52,741 nt of DNA from Candidatus Enterousia sp. (GTDB lineage Bacteria > Pseudomonadota > Alphaproteobacteria > Rs-D84): positions 1 through 52,741 of the forward strand of contig JAZTYU010000010.1 of the NCBI GenBank assembly GCA_045637165.1. The letters are read 5' to 3'. Under the pieces are notes generated by a model, which saw only the letters and a program-made list of their open reading frames with translations, was not told the origin of the DNA and searched no databases. Below, in pieces: positions 41,031 through 50,383 of this stretch; within the stretch, counting starts at the first letter, position 1, and each line of letters opens with the position of its first letter. Made by a program: the position numbers and the translations under genes.

Positions 41031-42104
41031 TTATTCATCCTTGAACAACCTGGCTGGGTCAACAGCCTTGTTTCCACGTCGCACTTCCAGATACATTTCT
41101 GGTTTATCCGGATTCATTCGCCCAATCGGTTCTCCTGCTAAAACCTCTTGTTCCAGCATAACATCAATATTTCCCAGATTTGTCATCACAGTATTATATC
41201 CATTTTTATGCGACATAATTACCACCTTGCCAAATCCACGAAAACTGTCTGCAAATTTCACGACACCATCTGCTGGTGCCATAACCAAGGCATCTCCACG
41301 GGTGCGAACACGCCAACCATCAGACTTTAATCCCAACGCTGTCTTTTCTGCAAAACGCACAACCACACGCCCCTTGACCGGCAAATTTAATTTACGTTTT
41401 GAAAAATGTGCATCACCTGACATTTGCGAACTTCCGACCCCCGCAGACAACTCTGAAATACTTTTTGCTTTTGCTGACAGCTCTCGCAGTTTTTTCTGCA
41501 ATGCAGAATGTTGATTTTTTAATTTTTCATTTTGTGCACTGCGTGTTTTAAGCAACTTATCCAATTCCGACTTTTCACGAGCATATTTTTTTGCGGTTCT
41601 ATCTAATTTTTCTTTTTCGATTGCCCGGTCATCACGAATTTTTTTCAGTTCCTTGACCTGCTTTTCCGCCCGTTCAATTTCTGCATCCAACTGCTGTGCC
41701 GTCCCAGACAGAACTGCGGACATCAAGACATATTCACGCATACTGTCTGTATCAAAACTGGGGTGCGAAGCCACGAACAAAATACTAGACGCCGCATCTG
41801 CAATCCGTCCACGATTTTGTTCCATTTCACGGGTAATTTTATCCCGTTGGTTATCCAATTCTGAAATTTTCTTGGCCATTTGGGAACGCTGTTCTTCCAA
41901 ATCGCTAACCTTATCAGCGGCACGAACCAAATCTTTTTTTGTCTTAGAAACTTCCCTATCAGACGTTTTAACCTGTTGTTCTAACTTTTTATTTTGCTGT
42001 TCAGTCTGTTTTATTTGTGCATTTATTTTTGACAGTTCACTGGCCCCAATCCCAGGACCAGCACAAACAAATAACAAAGAAAAAACTGCGATAATCTTCT
42101 TCAT
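41031..42104 (-). CDS. envC: murein hydrolase activator EnvC (coiled coil + degenerate M23)
   Basis: Long coiled coil; LPVKG, APADGVV.FAD.FRGFG, MYLEVRR; zinc ligands missing. Confidence 0.88.
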   Translation of the reverse strand: MKKIIAVFSLLFVCAGPGIGASELSKINAQIKQTEQQNKKLEQQVKTSDREVSKTKKDLVRAADKVSDLEEQRSQMAKKISELDNQRDKITREMEQNRGRIADAASSILFVASHPSFDTDSMREYVLMSAVLSGTAQQLDAEIERAEKQVKELKKIRDDRAIEKEKLDRTAKKYAREKSELDKLLKTRSAQNEKLKNQHSALQKKLRELSAKAKSISELSAGVGSSQMSGDAHFSKRKLNLPVKGRVVVRFAEKTALGLKSDGWRVRTRGDALVMAPADGVVKFADSFRGFGKVVIMSHKNGYNTVMTNLGNIDVMLEQEVLAGEPIGRMNPDKPEMYLEVRRGNKAVDPARLFKDE

Positions 42105-43318
42105 TATTTTTTTATCACTTTCAAAAATACTTTCTTACCCTTTTGCACCATAAATTCATTCGCCACTGCGACAACAAACTTTGGGTCAGTAATTTTTTCT
42201 GAATTTATCTGAATACCACCCTGCTCGACTGTGCGACGTGCTTCTGACTTTGAAGAAAACAATTTTGTTGCAACCAAGAAATCCAAGATTCCCATATCCC
42301 CTGCCATTTCGACTTCAACCGTTGGCATATTATCCAGATTTGCCCCACCACCAAACAACGCCGCCGCTGTTTCTTCTGCAGCGATTGCGGCATCACGTCC
42401 ATGTGCAATCTCAGTCGCTGCAAACGCCAACACTTTTTTCGCCTGATTTAGTTCCGCCCCCTGCAACAATGACAACCTTGCAATTTCATCCAACGGGATT
42501 TCCGTAAATATTTTCAAGAACTTTTCCACCAAATCATCTGAAATATTGCGGAAATATTGATAATATTCGTATGGCGATGTCTTATCTTCATTGACCCAAA
42601 CGGCATTACCTGCGGATTTTCCAATTTTATTTCCATTTGCGTCTGTAATCAATGACGTAGAAAGAACAAACGCTTCCTTGCCCAGTTTTTTACGAATCAA
42701 TTCAATTCCCATAATTGCATTACCCCACTGGTCTGCACCACAGGTCTGCAAAATACAATTATGTTCACGATACAATGTCAAGAAATCCACCGCCTGAAAT
42801 GTCATATAATTAAATTCCAAGAACGTCATACCATTATCCAAGCGACGCTTTACCGAATCCATAGACAACATACGTGGCACTGTAAAATCTGTTCCAAAAT
42901 CACGCAAGAAATCCAAATGACTGTAATTTTTCATCCAATCATAATTATCCACCATAATCGCATCAGTTGGACCATCACCAAATTTAAAGAACTTTGAAAA
43001 AGATTTTTTCAATCCTGCAACATTTTTTGCCAAGATTTCTTCGGTCATCATTGGCCGCCCACTATCACGCCCCGACGGGTCGCCAATACGCCCTGTTGCA
43101 CCACCAACCAATGTAATTGGTCGATGACCAAATTTTTGCAACCAACGCATCATCATAACCGGCACCAAATGCCCAACATGTAAACTGTCCGCCGTTGGAT
43201 CAGAACCTAAATATGCAGTAATCATACCCGCATTCAATGCGTCATTCAGACCATCAATATTAGAAGTCTGATTTATAAATCCACGTGCCTGTAATTCTTT
43301 TAATAATTCGTTTTGCAT
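42104..43318 (-). CDS. tyrS: tyrosine--tRNA ligase
   Basis: DPTADSLHVGH, IGDPSG, DQWGN, KIGKS, C-terminal S4 domain. Confidence 0.98.
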   Translation of the reverse strand: MQNELLKELQARGFINQTSNIDGLNDALNAGMITAYLGSDPTADSLHVGHLVPVMMMRWLQKFGHRPITLVGGATGRIGDPSGRDSGRPMMTEEILAKNVAGLKKSFSKFFKFGDGPTDAIMVDNYDWMKNYSHLDFLRDFGTDFTVPRMLSMDSVKRRLDNGMTFLEFNYMTFQAVDFLTLYREHNCILQTCGADQWGNAIMGIELIRKKLGKEAFVLSTSLITDANGNKIGKSAGNAVWVNEDKTSPYEYYQYFRNISDDLVEKFLKIFTEIPLDEIARLSLLQGAELNQAKKVLAFAATEIAHGRDAAIAAEETAAALFGGGANLDNMPTVEVEMAGDMGILDFLVATKLFSSKSEARRTVEQGGIQINSEKITDPKFVVAVANEFMVQKGKKVFLKVIKK

Positions 43319-43390
43319 AATAAATCCTTAAAATATCAAACGGATGATACCACGGTTTTAGCAACCTTGCAAGAACCGCCCCCAAAAAAT

Positions 43391-44452
43391 TTATTTTTCA
43401 ATTGCCTTTTGATAATCCAAAACCAACTGAGTATAAATATCACGACGAATTTTATTAAAACTTTTCCGCAATCCATCTGTTCCAATATACGGCACCCGCC
43501 CCACAGATTGCAGATAACACGAATCCACCCCAACCGTTTTATCGGGATAGAAACAATACACCAAACGTCCCTTTGCATCCCCCAGCGCCGGCAAGACAAA
43601 ATTTTCTATCTTTTCCTTTTCTGATATTTTATTAACATCAACAAAATCCCCGAAATAAAATTCCACCGGCACACCATTTAATTCGCACTTGACCAAATTA
43701 CCGTCATTTTTTCTATCCTTTACAACACACCCAGGACCATTTATCACATTTTTTTCAAAAAACGACCTGGAATCTGCCACGGTAAAAGTCTTTAAATCAA
43801 CTTTTTTTGCCAAATTTTTATCAGCCCCCATTATATTCACAATATCGCCCAACCATTGCACAGACTTTTCAGGATGCAATTTATCATCAACAGATACCGC
43901 CATACTTAACATCGATGTTGTTGGCAGCGACTTATATAACCATTGGCGCACAACATCACGTCCCAAAAGTCGCAACAACCATTTTGGTTTATCTTCAAAA
44001 AATTTGCTAACCTGTTCCTTGGTTGCAATCAAACCACGCCCCGGATTCATCCGTCGCAACATTGCTGGCACTGCATTGTGCATATATTCATCACGAACCC
44101 ACGACCCATTTGTCTTTAACTGTAATCCCCACCCCCGGTCTAAAACCTGATGCGAAATCCACTCGACATAACCGATTGGTGCGGTAAAGATTTCACCACC
44201 TGTCAAAACAACAGATTCCGTAAATTGTGGCACTTTTTCAAATTCTTTCAGATAAAATTCTGCATCATATGTCGGCAATACGTCCCCGGACACCTTTGGC
44301 GACGAGACCATATAACAACCTGGACACGCCAAATTGCATTTTTTAGTCAAATAGAACTGCAAATCCAATTCATACCCAGAATCATCATAAATAACACTTG
44401 ATGCGTAATCCGCAAATTTTTTTACAGACATCCACTTTTTCTCGTCCATCAT
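43391..44452 (-). CDS. radical SAM protein of unknown function
   Basis: CNLACPGCY, LTGGE, KTNGSW, VSVD; AGGTG RBS before MMDEKK. Confidence 0.85.
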   Translation of the reverse strand: MMDEKKWMSVKKFADYASSVIYDDSGYELDLQFYLTKKCNLACPGCYMVSSPKVSGDVLPTYDAEFYLKEFEKVPQFTESVVLTGGEIFTAPIGYVEWISHQVLDRGWGLQLKTNGSWVRDEYMHNAVPAMLRRMNPGRGLIATKEQVSKFFEDKPKWLLRLLGRDVVRQWLYKSLPTTSMLSMAVSVDDKLHPEKSVQWLGDIVNIMGADKNLAKKVDLKTFTVADSRSFFEKNVINGPGCVVKDRKNDGNLVKCELNGVPVEFYFGDFVDVNKISEKEKIENFVLPALGDAKGRLVYCFYPDKTVGVDSCYLQSVGRVPYIGTDGLRKSFNKIRRDIYTQLVLDYQKAIEK

Positions 44453-44501
44453 AAACACCTTTTGTTCACTGGAAAATAGCACACCAAATTCATCAGTCAA
44501 T

Positions 44502-44536
44502 AAAAAACAGCCCCAGACATATTTGCCTGGGACCGT
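44502..44536 (-). terminator. terminator of rpsF-rpsR-rplI
   Basis: CGGTCCCAGGC-AAATAT-GTCTGGGGCTG-TTTTTT. Confidence 0.75.
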
Positions 44537-44556
44537 ATTAAATATATAACAACAGA

Positions 44557-45147
44557 TTATTCTGCGTCTGCCGCAACTTCTTCTGTTTTTTCTTCTGCGA
44601 CTTCTGCTGCTGGTGCTTCTTCTGCTGCTTCTTCAACTTCTTCTACTTTCTTAGAACCAAATGTCAAAGATTTACCAGCCACCAATGCATCGATTTCATC
44701 CTGTGTCTGTGCGACAAAGATTTTAACAGGAACGATAACATCTGGATGCAAAGCAATTTTTGTATCGAACGCACCAACAGATTTGATTGGAGCACCCAAC
44801 AAAACCTGTGCAGATTCAACAGAAACATTTGCAATTTCTTTCAGCATACGTGCAATATCACGTGTTGGTACAGAACCATACAATTGACCTGTATCACCTG
44901 CCTGACGAATCATATGCAATTTTGCATTTTTAACTGCGTCAACATTTGCTTCTGCATTTTTCTTTGCTGCTTCCTGACGTGCAGTCAATTCAGCTTTCTT
45001 TGCTTCGAACAAAGCGACGTTTTCACGTGTATAACGCATAGCTTTACCGTTTGGCAACAAATAATTACGTGCGAATCCAGTTTTAACTTCGACTGTATCG
45101 CCGATATTGCCCAACTTTGAAATTTTTTCTGTTAAAATAACTTTCAT
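44557..45147 (-). CDS. rplI: 50S ribosomal protein bL9
   Basis: LGNIGDTVEVKTGFARNYLLP, LYGSV, acidic tail. Confidence 0.98.
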   Translation of the reverse strand: MKVILTEKISKLGNIGDTVEVKTGFARNYLLPNGKAMRYTRENVALFEAKKAELTARQEAAKKNAEANVDAVKNAKLHMIRQAGDTGQLYGSVPTRDIARMLKEIANVSVESAQVLLGAPIKSVGAFDTKIALHPDVIVPVKIFVAQTQDEIDALVAGKSLTFGSKKVEEVEEAAEEAPAAEVAEEKTEEVAADAE

Positions 45148-45204
45148 TTTATCTGTCCTTATTTTTGTAAGTTAGGGATAAATCCCAAATATTCTACCGA
45201 ATCA

Positions 45205-45308
45205 AAAATTAAATTATGCGAGATGATGGGAAGTGTTTGATGGTTCGCCGTGTAAAAATGCTACATAAGAACCAGCAAACACAACCAGCATCCACAGAAT
45301 TTAATTTT
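45205..45308. repeat. 104-bp imperfect palindromic element between rpsR and rplI
   Basis: AAAATTAAATT/AATTTAATTTT termini with nested GATG/CATC, GTGTTTG/CAAACAC, TGGTTC/GAACCA, TGTA/TACA. Confidence 0.75.
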
Positions 45309-45534
45309 AGCCCAGATTGTTGCGAACGAATGGCATCAACCCCAAATGACGTGCACGTTTGATGGCTGTTGCCAACGCACGTTGATCTTTCTGAGAAACA
45401 CCACTGATACGACTTGGCACAATTTTACCACGTTCTGTGATATAATGTGACAATGTCTTGATATCCTTGTAATCGATAACCTTTCCCTTCAAAGGGTTAG
45501 ATTTTTTACGATAAATTGCTGCACGAACTGCCAT
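45307..45534 (-). CDS. rpsR: 30S ribosomal protein bS18
   Basis: [32 protein letters not shown]. Confidence 0.98.
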   Translation of the reverse strand: MAVRAAIYRKKSNPLKGKVIDYKDIKTLSHYITERGKIVPSRISGVSQKDQRALATAIKRARHLGLMPFVRNNLG

Positions 45535-45872
45535 TATTCTGCCTCCTCTGTATTCTTTTTCATCATAATAGAAGGTGTTGTCGCCAATTCATCAACACGA
45601 ACGTTCAAGAAACGAATAACGTCTTCATCAATACGTGAACGGCGTTCCAATTCTGTGATTTGTGAACCAGGCAATTCGATATTCAACATAACGTAATGAG
45701 CCTTGCGGTTTTTACGAATGATATATGCCAAGTTTTTCAAACCCCAGAATTCAGTTGCTTTAACATCGCCACCCAATTCTTTGATGATTTCGCTAAATTT
45801 AGTCGCTTTTTCTTTTACCTGCGACTCTGTCAAGTCCTGGCGAAAAACCAAGACGCTTTCATAGTAAGCCAT
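45534..45872 (-). CDS. rpsF: 30S ribosomal protein bS6
   Basis: [29 protein letters not shown]. Confidence 0.98.
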   Translation of the reverse strand: MAYYESVLVFRQDLTESQVKEKATKFSEIIKELGGDVKATEFWGLKNLAYIIRKNRKAHYVMLNIELPGSQITELERRSRIDEDVIRFLNVRVDELATTPSIMMKKNTEEAE

Positions 45873-45879
45873 TTTTATT

Positions 45880-45925
45880 TTCCTATGGTTTAATCAGCCG
45901 ACGGCACCATTACCATCAGCAGGAA
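45880..45925 (-). promoter_or_regulatory. probable S6:S18-binding mRNA leader
   Basis: TTCCT pairs with the RBS AGGAA; inner stem GCTGATGG/CCGTCGGC; unpaired CCA before the RBS. Confidence 0.6.
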
Positions 45926-46077
45926 CACCCCTAATATTAAAGATTTTTCACCAAAAATCAAGCAGTTTTTATCCCACACCCCATAAAAAATAACAAAAAG
46001 AATATTTCGATTAAATCTCTATTGACACAGATTTCAAAAATTTACTACTCTATGATTAAGCGAGGGGTCCAGACACA

Positions 46078-46851
46078 ATGACAAAGCACTTTCACAACGC
46101 ACTTAATCGAATGACTTTATTTACTGCATTCCTATTTGCGGGTGTAATGTATTTTTGGGCTGAATTCATACAAATATCAATCGCCAACATATGGTTAAAT
46201 GGCGTAATTATTGGCACAACCTTGTTTGGAATTGGTCTTTGTTTTGTGCAAATATTCCAATTATTACCCGAATATAAATGGTTACACGGATACACAACCG
46301 GTCATCGCAATCTGGTTTTGCCACCTTATTTATTACGTCCTGTGGCATCAATGTTGGCATCACGTCCACGTCGCATCTCTGCCGCAACATTAAACGGTTT
46401 TATGGATATGATATTGATGCGTTTCGAAGATTCACGTGAATCCATCCGTTATATAACCAACACTTTGATTTTTTTAGGTCTGCTTGGAACATTCTGGGGC
46501 TTGATTTTAACAGTTGGCGGCTTTGCTGAACTGATTGGCGGATTAAACTTTTCAGACGAAACAGTTTTAACATCTATGCAGGCTGGGCTAACCCGTCCAT
46601 TGGCTGGAATGGCAACCGCATTTACCAGTTCTTTGCTTGGCCTTGGAGGCAGCCTTACCATCGGATTCCTGGGACTACAAATACAATCTGCCCAGAATGC
46701 AATCTATCACGAACTAGAAGATTACTTGGCGGCCCACACACACGTTGCGGCCACCGAAGACGTTGCCAAGATTTTACCAAAAATCAATCTGGCGACACGG
46801 GAATTGACACAATCCGTCCAAAACCTGGAACAATCCATTTTGGACAAATAG
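46078..46851 (+). CDS. MotA/TolQ/ExbB-family ion-channel subunit
   Basis: LIFLGLLGTFWGL and GMATAFTSSLLGL helices. Confidence 0.88.
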   Translation: MTKHFHNALNRMTLFTAFLFAGVMYFWAEFIQISIANIWLNGVIIGTTLFGIGLCFVQIFQLLPEYKWLHGYTTGHRNLVLPPYLLRPVASMLASRPRRISAATLNGFMDMILMRFEDSRESIRYITNTLIFLGLLGTFWGLILTVGGFAELIGGLNFSDETVLTSMQAGLTRPLAGMATAFTSSLLGLGGSLTIGFLGLQIQSAQNAIYHELEDYLAAHTHVAATEDVAKILPKINLATRELTQSVQNLEQSILDK

Positions 46852-46878
46852 AACAAAAAGCAAGAGAGAGAAACACCA

Positions 46879-47991
46879 ATGATGAACATCCGTTATCGCA
46901 CACATACAAATGCATGGCCAGGATTCGTAGATTTATTTTCGAATCTTGTAATTATATTGATATTTTTAATGATTGTTTTTGTCTTTTTGTGGACCACAAC
47001 CAGCGTATTTAACAAGGCCAGCAATACAAAATCACTTGATGCATTAAAGGCAACAAATGCAGAACAAACTCAAACAATTCAGCAAATGTTGGCAGACGAA
47101 CAAGAAGCGAAACGTCTACTGATTTTGGCACGCAACGAACTAGAAACTTTGGAAAAAAACAATGCGGTCTTAACTGACGAATTGAATCAAATTGACGACA
47201 GCATATCCGACCTTATTACCGCATACGAGGTTAAAATACTTGACCTGCAAAGCCAGGGCCTAAATATGCAGGAACAAGTTTCCGCACTGACCCAGCAATT
47301 AAACCAGGCCACCCTGGACAAAGAAAAAACCGCACAACTGGAACAAGAACGCAGACAACTGCAACAAGAGATGGAGGCTCAGCGTGCCGAACTGGTCCAA
47401 CAACTAGAAAAATTACAAACCGCCCTGGATGCCGCCGAAGAAAAATCCAGAAACCAAGAAATCCAATATGTTGAAATGTCAAACCGCCTGAACAAGGCCC
47501 TGGCCGACAAAGTCGCCGAATTAAAAGACGTTTCAAAATATCAGTCTGATTTCTACAAGGCCATAAAACTGGCATTAGGCGACCGCACAACAATCCACAC
47601 CGATGGCGACCGCTTTATTGTCAACAGCGATATTTTGTTCCCAAGCGGCTCATACAAATTATCACCCGAAGGCAAAAAACAACTGCACCTGATTGCAAAT
47701 GTGATTAAAGACATGGAAGAAAAAATACCAACAGACATAAATTGGATTATCCGTGTTGACGGCCACACCGACAAAAAACAGGTTATCGCAGGCACATCTG
47801 GCTATAAAAACAATACAGAACTATCGCTATTGCGTGCAACCGCCGTTGCAAACGAACTTGCAAACGCTGGCGTATCCAAACGTCGTCTTGTCCCAAGTGG
47901 CTTTGGCGACATGCACCCTGTTGAACTTGGCAACGATGCAAATTCATTGCAAAAAAATCGCCGAATTGAACTACAATTAACGAATCGATAA
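46879..47991 (+). CDS. MotB-like protein (TM Asp, coiled coil, OmpA-like peptidoglycan-binding domain)
   Basis: NAWPGFVD, ILFPSGS, RVDGHTD, ELSLLRA, KNRRIE. Confidence 0.9.
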   Translation: MMNIRYRTHTNAWPGFVDLFSNLVIILIFLMIVFVFLWTTTSVFNKASNTKSLDALKATNAEQTQTIQQMLADEQEAKRLLILARNELETLEKNNAVLTDELNQIDDSISDLITAYEVKILDLQSQGLNMQEQVSALTQQLNQATLDKEKTAQLEQERRQLQQEMEAQRAELVQQLEKLQTALDAAEEKSRNQEIQYVEMSNRLNKALADKVAELKDVSKYQSDFYKAIKLALGDRTTIHTDGDRFIVNSDILFPSGSYKLSPEGKKQLHLIANVIKDMEEKIPTDINWIIRVDGHTDKKQVIAGTSGYKNNTELSLLRATAVANELANAGVSKRRLVPSGFGDMHPVELGNDANSLQKNRRIELQLTNR

Positions 47992-48079
47992 AAAATCCGC
48001 CTTTGGGCGGTTTTTTTATACTTTACTAAACCCTTAAAAAAACGTATAATAATAAAGATTAAAGAAAGAAGGGAATATT

Positions 48080-49825
48080 ATGAAAAACAAATCTTGTGTG
48101 GCAACTTGGGTTATTTCACGCATATTGACAATTGTTGGTGCAATTGCATTGACTGCATGTGCAAATACTGGTGGCGATGCGAACTATGACGGTCCTGTAT
48201 CAACCCCAACTGTTGATTACGTTGAATCACTGGACGTATATTCTGCCCCACACCAAGATTCATTTTTGAACCAGTTGGCGATGAACTATCGTTCTTATGC
48301 GATATACAATGCCCGCACCAGTGGCTATGCCGACATGGGCGAATTATTCGCTAACAAGGCTGTTGCCGCATTCAGTGGCGAAGTTCCTTTCCCAGAAAGC
48401 CTGGAAAATTGGCCTGTCGAAAACGAACAGGAATCATTTGAATTGTATAATGCATACAATGAACTGATGGAACAGTTGAAAAATGACGCATCATACACCA
48501 ACCCACAATTGGCCGCCGAAGCTCAGGCAAAATTTGATTGCTGGTTATCTGCATCAGCCAGTGGCCAGATTGCGACTGCAAACCAATGCCGTGACCGCTT
48601 TAACAAAACGATGGTCGCACTGCGTGATTGCCACGGCGGCAAGGTTGTCCAAAGCCTGGCCCAAAAAGTAAGTTTAGAACAACAACAAGAAACAATCACA
48701 AAAACAATCGCAACCAACGGCCAAACAACTGTTGAAACGGCGGTTGAACGCAGTGCTGGAAAATATTATCCAGACACACGCAACACCGCTGCAATGCGTA
48801 ATGCATCACAAAACCGTGAAGGCGTAATTATCGTAAACAACGTAAATGTTCCAGAACATCTGATAAACCCAGAACCAGTTCAACCAATGGTATTTAACCA
48901 GAACATTTATGGTGGCGACAAATCTATTACAAAAAGTGCGAACGACAACAGCATCCGTAACAGCAACAACACAGTAAGTGCAAACGAATGCCCAAGCGGT
49001 GCAACAAACTGCCCTGCGGCTGCCCCTGTGGTGCACGAACACGAACATAACTGCCAGCATGGCGACAAAGATTGTCCAACAGCACCATCATTTGCAGTTG
49101 TCGTAACAGAAAAAGAACAAAAATGCCCAGCCTGTGCAGAATGTCCAACCTGTCAAGAATGCCAAAAATGTCAGGAATGTCAGAAATGCCCAGACTGCTC
49201 ACCAACACTAAGTTGCCCAGAACCAATTCCGATGATAAGCGATGAATTGGTCACCCGTGAAGAATTCATCAATATGATGATGGCAATGCGTGCAGAATTG
49301 GCGGCTATCAATTCACGTCTGGACCAGATTCAGGCCGCCCAGGGCGAAAAAACAATGATAAAAGTTCAACAGATTCCACTGGAACCAACCCAGCACGTTA
49401 TGGAAGAAGTCTTTGAAATTCGTTTTGATTTCAACAAGGCAATCATAAAACCAGAATACCAAGAATTGATTAAACAATTGGTTGCCGCAACCCAGGAAAA
49501 CAAAAACATCAAGATTTCTGTTGTTGGCCATACTGACACAACCGGCACAACCAACTATAACTATGCATTGGGCGGTCGCCGTGCCGAAGCGGTCCAAAAA
49601 ATGCTGATACAATACGGAATCCCAGCCAGCCAAATTGTTGCCGTATCTGCCGGCGAAGAAGACTTGGCTGTTCCAACACCTGACAACACACCAAACGCTG
49701 AAAATCGCCGTGTCCGTGTTGTCAAAGAAACACATTACACCGAAAACCCACGTCCTGTTCCTGTTGAAATCGATGTCCAGGAATATTCAGCCGGGACATG
49801 CGGTGAATATGGTTGCGACCAGTAA
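48080..49825 (+). CDS. OmpA-family lipoprotein with Cys/His-rich insert
   Basis: Lipobox LTAC, AAEAQAKFDCW, FDFNKA, VGHTD, ENRRV. Confidence 0.9.
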   Translation: MKNKSCVATWVISRILTIVGAIALTACANTGGDANYDGPVSTPTVDYVESLDVYSAPHQDSFLNQLAMNYRSYAIYNARTSGYADMGELFANKAVAAFSGEVPFPESLENWPVENEQESFELYNAYNELMEQLKNDASYTNPQLAAEAQAKFDCWLSASASGQIATANQCRDRFNKTMVALRDCHGGKVVQSLAQKVSLEQQQETITKTIATNGQTTVETAVERSAGKYYPDTRNTAAMRNASQNREGVIIVNNVNVPEHLINPEPVQPMVFNQNIYGGDKSITKSANDNSIRNSNNTVSANECPSGATNCPAAAPVVHEHEHNCQHGDKDCPTAPSFAVVVTEKEQKCPACAECPTCQECQKCQECQKCPDCSPTLSCPEPIPMISDELVTREEFINMMMAMRAELAAINSRLDQIQAAQGEKTMIKVQQIPLEPTQHVMEEVFEIRFDFNKAIIKPEYQELIKQLVAATQENKNIKISVVGHTDTTGTTNYNYALGGRRAEAVQKMLIQYGIPASQIVAVSAGEEDLAVPTPDNTPNAENRRVRVVKETHYTENPRPVPVEIDVQEYSAGTCGEYGCDQ

Positions 49826-49843
49826 AATAGACTACAATAATAC

Positions 49844-49872
49844 TTGACAAAAAGTTTTTTGTAATATATATT
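49844..49872 (+). promoter_or_regulatory. sigma70-type promoter
   Basis: TTGACA-17 nt-TATATT. Confidence 0.65.
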
Positions 49873-49913
49873 GACTGGCGTCAGAGAGATGTTTTGACAA
49901 GAGGCATTAAAAA

Positions 49914-50078
49914 ATGACAAGTATAGTAAGTAAATTGAATATGGGTTGCGAAGCAGTAAATCAAAGACCCAGAAAAAATCTTGAACCACTAAACCTGGCG
50001 GCGATTTTTCAGGCACGTGGCGTTACCTTTGGTCCAAGTATGCCAAGGCCAACAGACATCACTGGCAACGAAAAATAG
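49914..50078 (+). CDS. 54-aa small hypothetical protein
   Basis: MTSIVSKLNMGCEAVNQRPRKNLEPLNLAAIFQARGVTFGPSMPRPTDITGNEK; AAGAGG RBS; own promoter; terminator at 50091-50114. Confidence 0.6.
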   Translation: MTSIVSKLNMGCEAVNQRPRKNLEPLNLAAIFQARGVTFGPSMPRPTDITGNEK

Positions 50079-50158
50079 TGTATTCCTTTAAAAATCCCCC
50101 GTTTGGGGGATTTTTTATTCCCCACCAGCCTCTATCCCATATTCATCATTGGCAACCA

Positions 50159-50383
50159 TTCATCCCCACAAAGACAAGAATAAAAAAAATTTCTCCCTTT
50201 TCATTACACACAAATCTTAGCATTCCATTCACATTTACCATTTTTCTAATTACACACAAATACCGCTGTCCGTTTTATCAATAAAAAAAAACTAATCGTC
50301 CCTATTCCTGAACTCGGCAGGAATAGGGAAACTCTCCCCATCTTCATCATAAAAAATTTTGTCATCCCCGCGAAGGCAGGAAT
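50159..50383 (+). repeat. cluster of intact and decayed REP-like elements
   Basis: CATCCCCACAAAGACAAGAAT (~50161), CCCTATTCCTG-N7-CAGGAATAGGG (50300), TGTCATCCCCGCGAAGGCAGGAAT (50360). Confidence 0.65.

Noticed and set aside
41031-42104. Third active M23 peptidase or pseudogene
   Set aside because: Loss of zinc ligands is the normal EnvC state
46078-47991. Zorya (zorAB) defence system
   Set aside because: The A subunit lacks the long ZorA cytoplasmic tail and no zorC/D/E is adjacent; the HNH gene is on the other strand and coupled to an MTase
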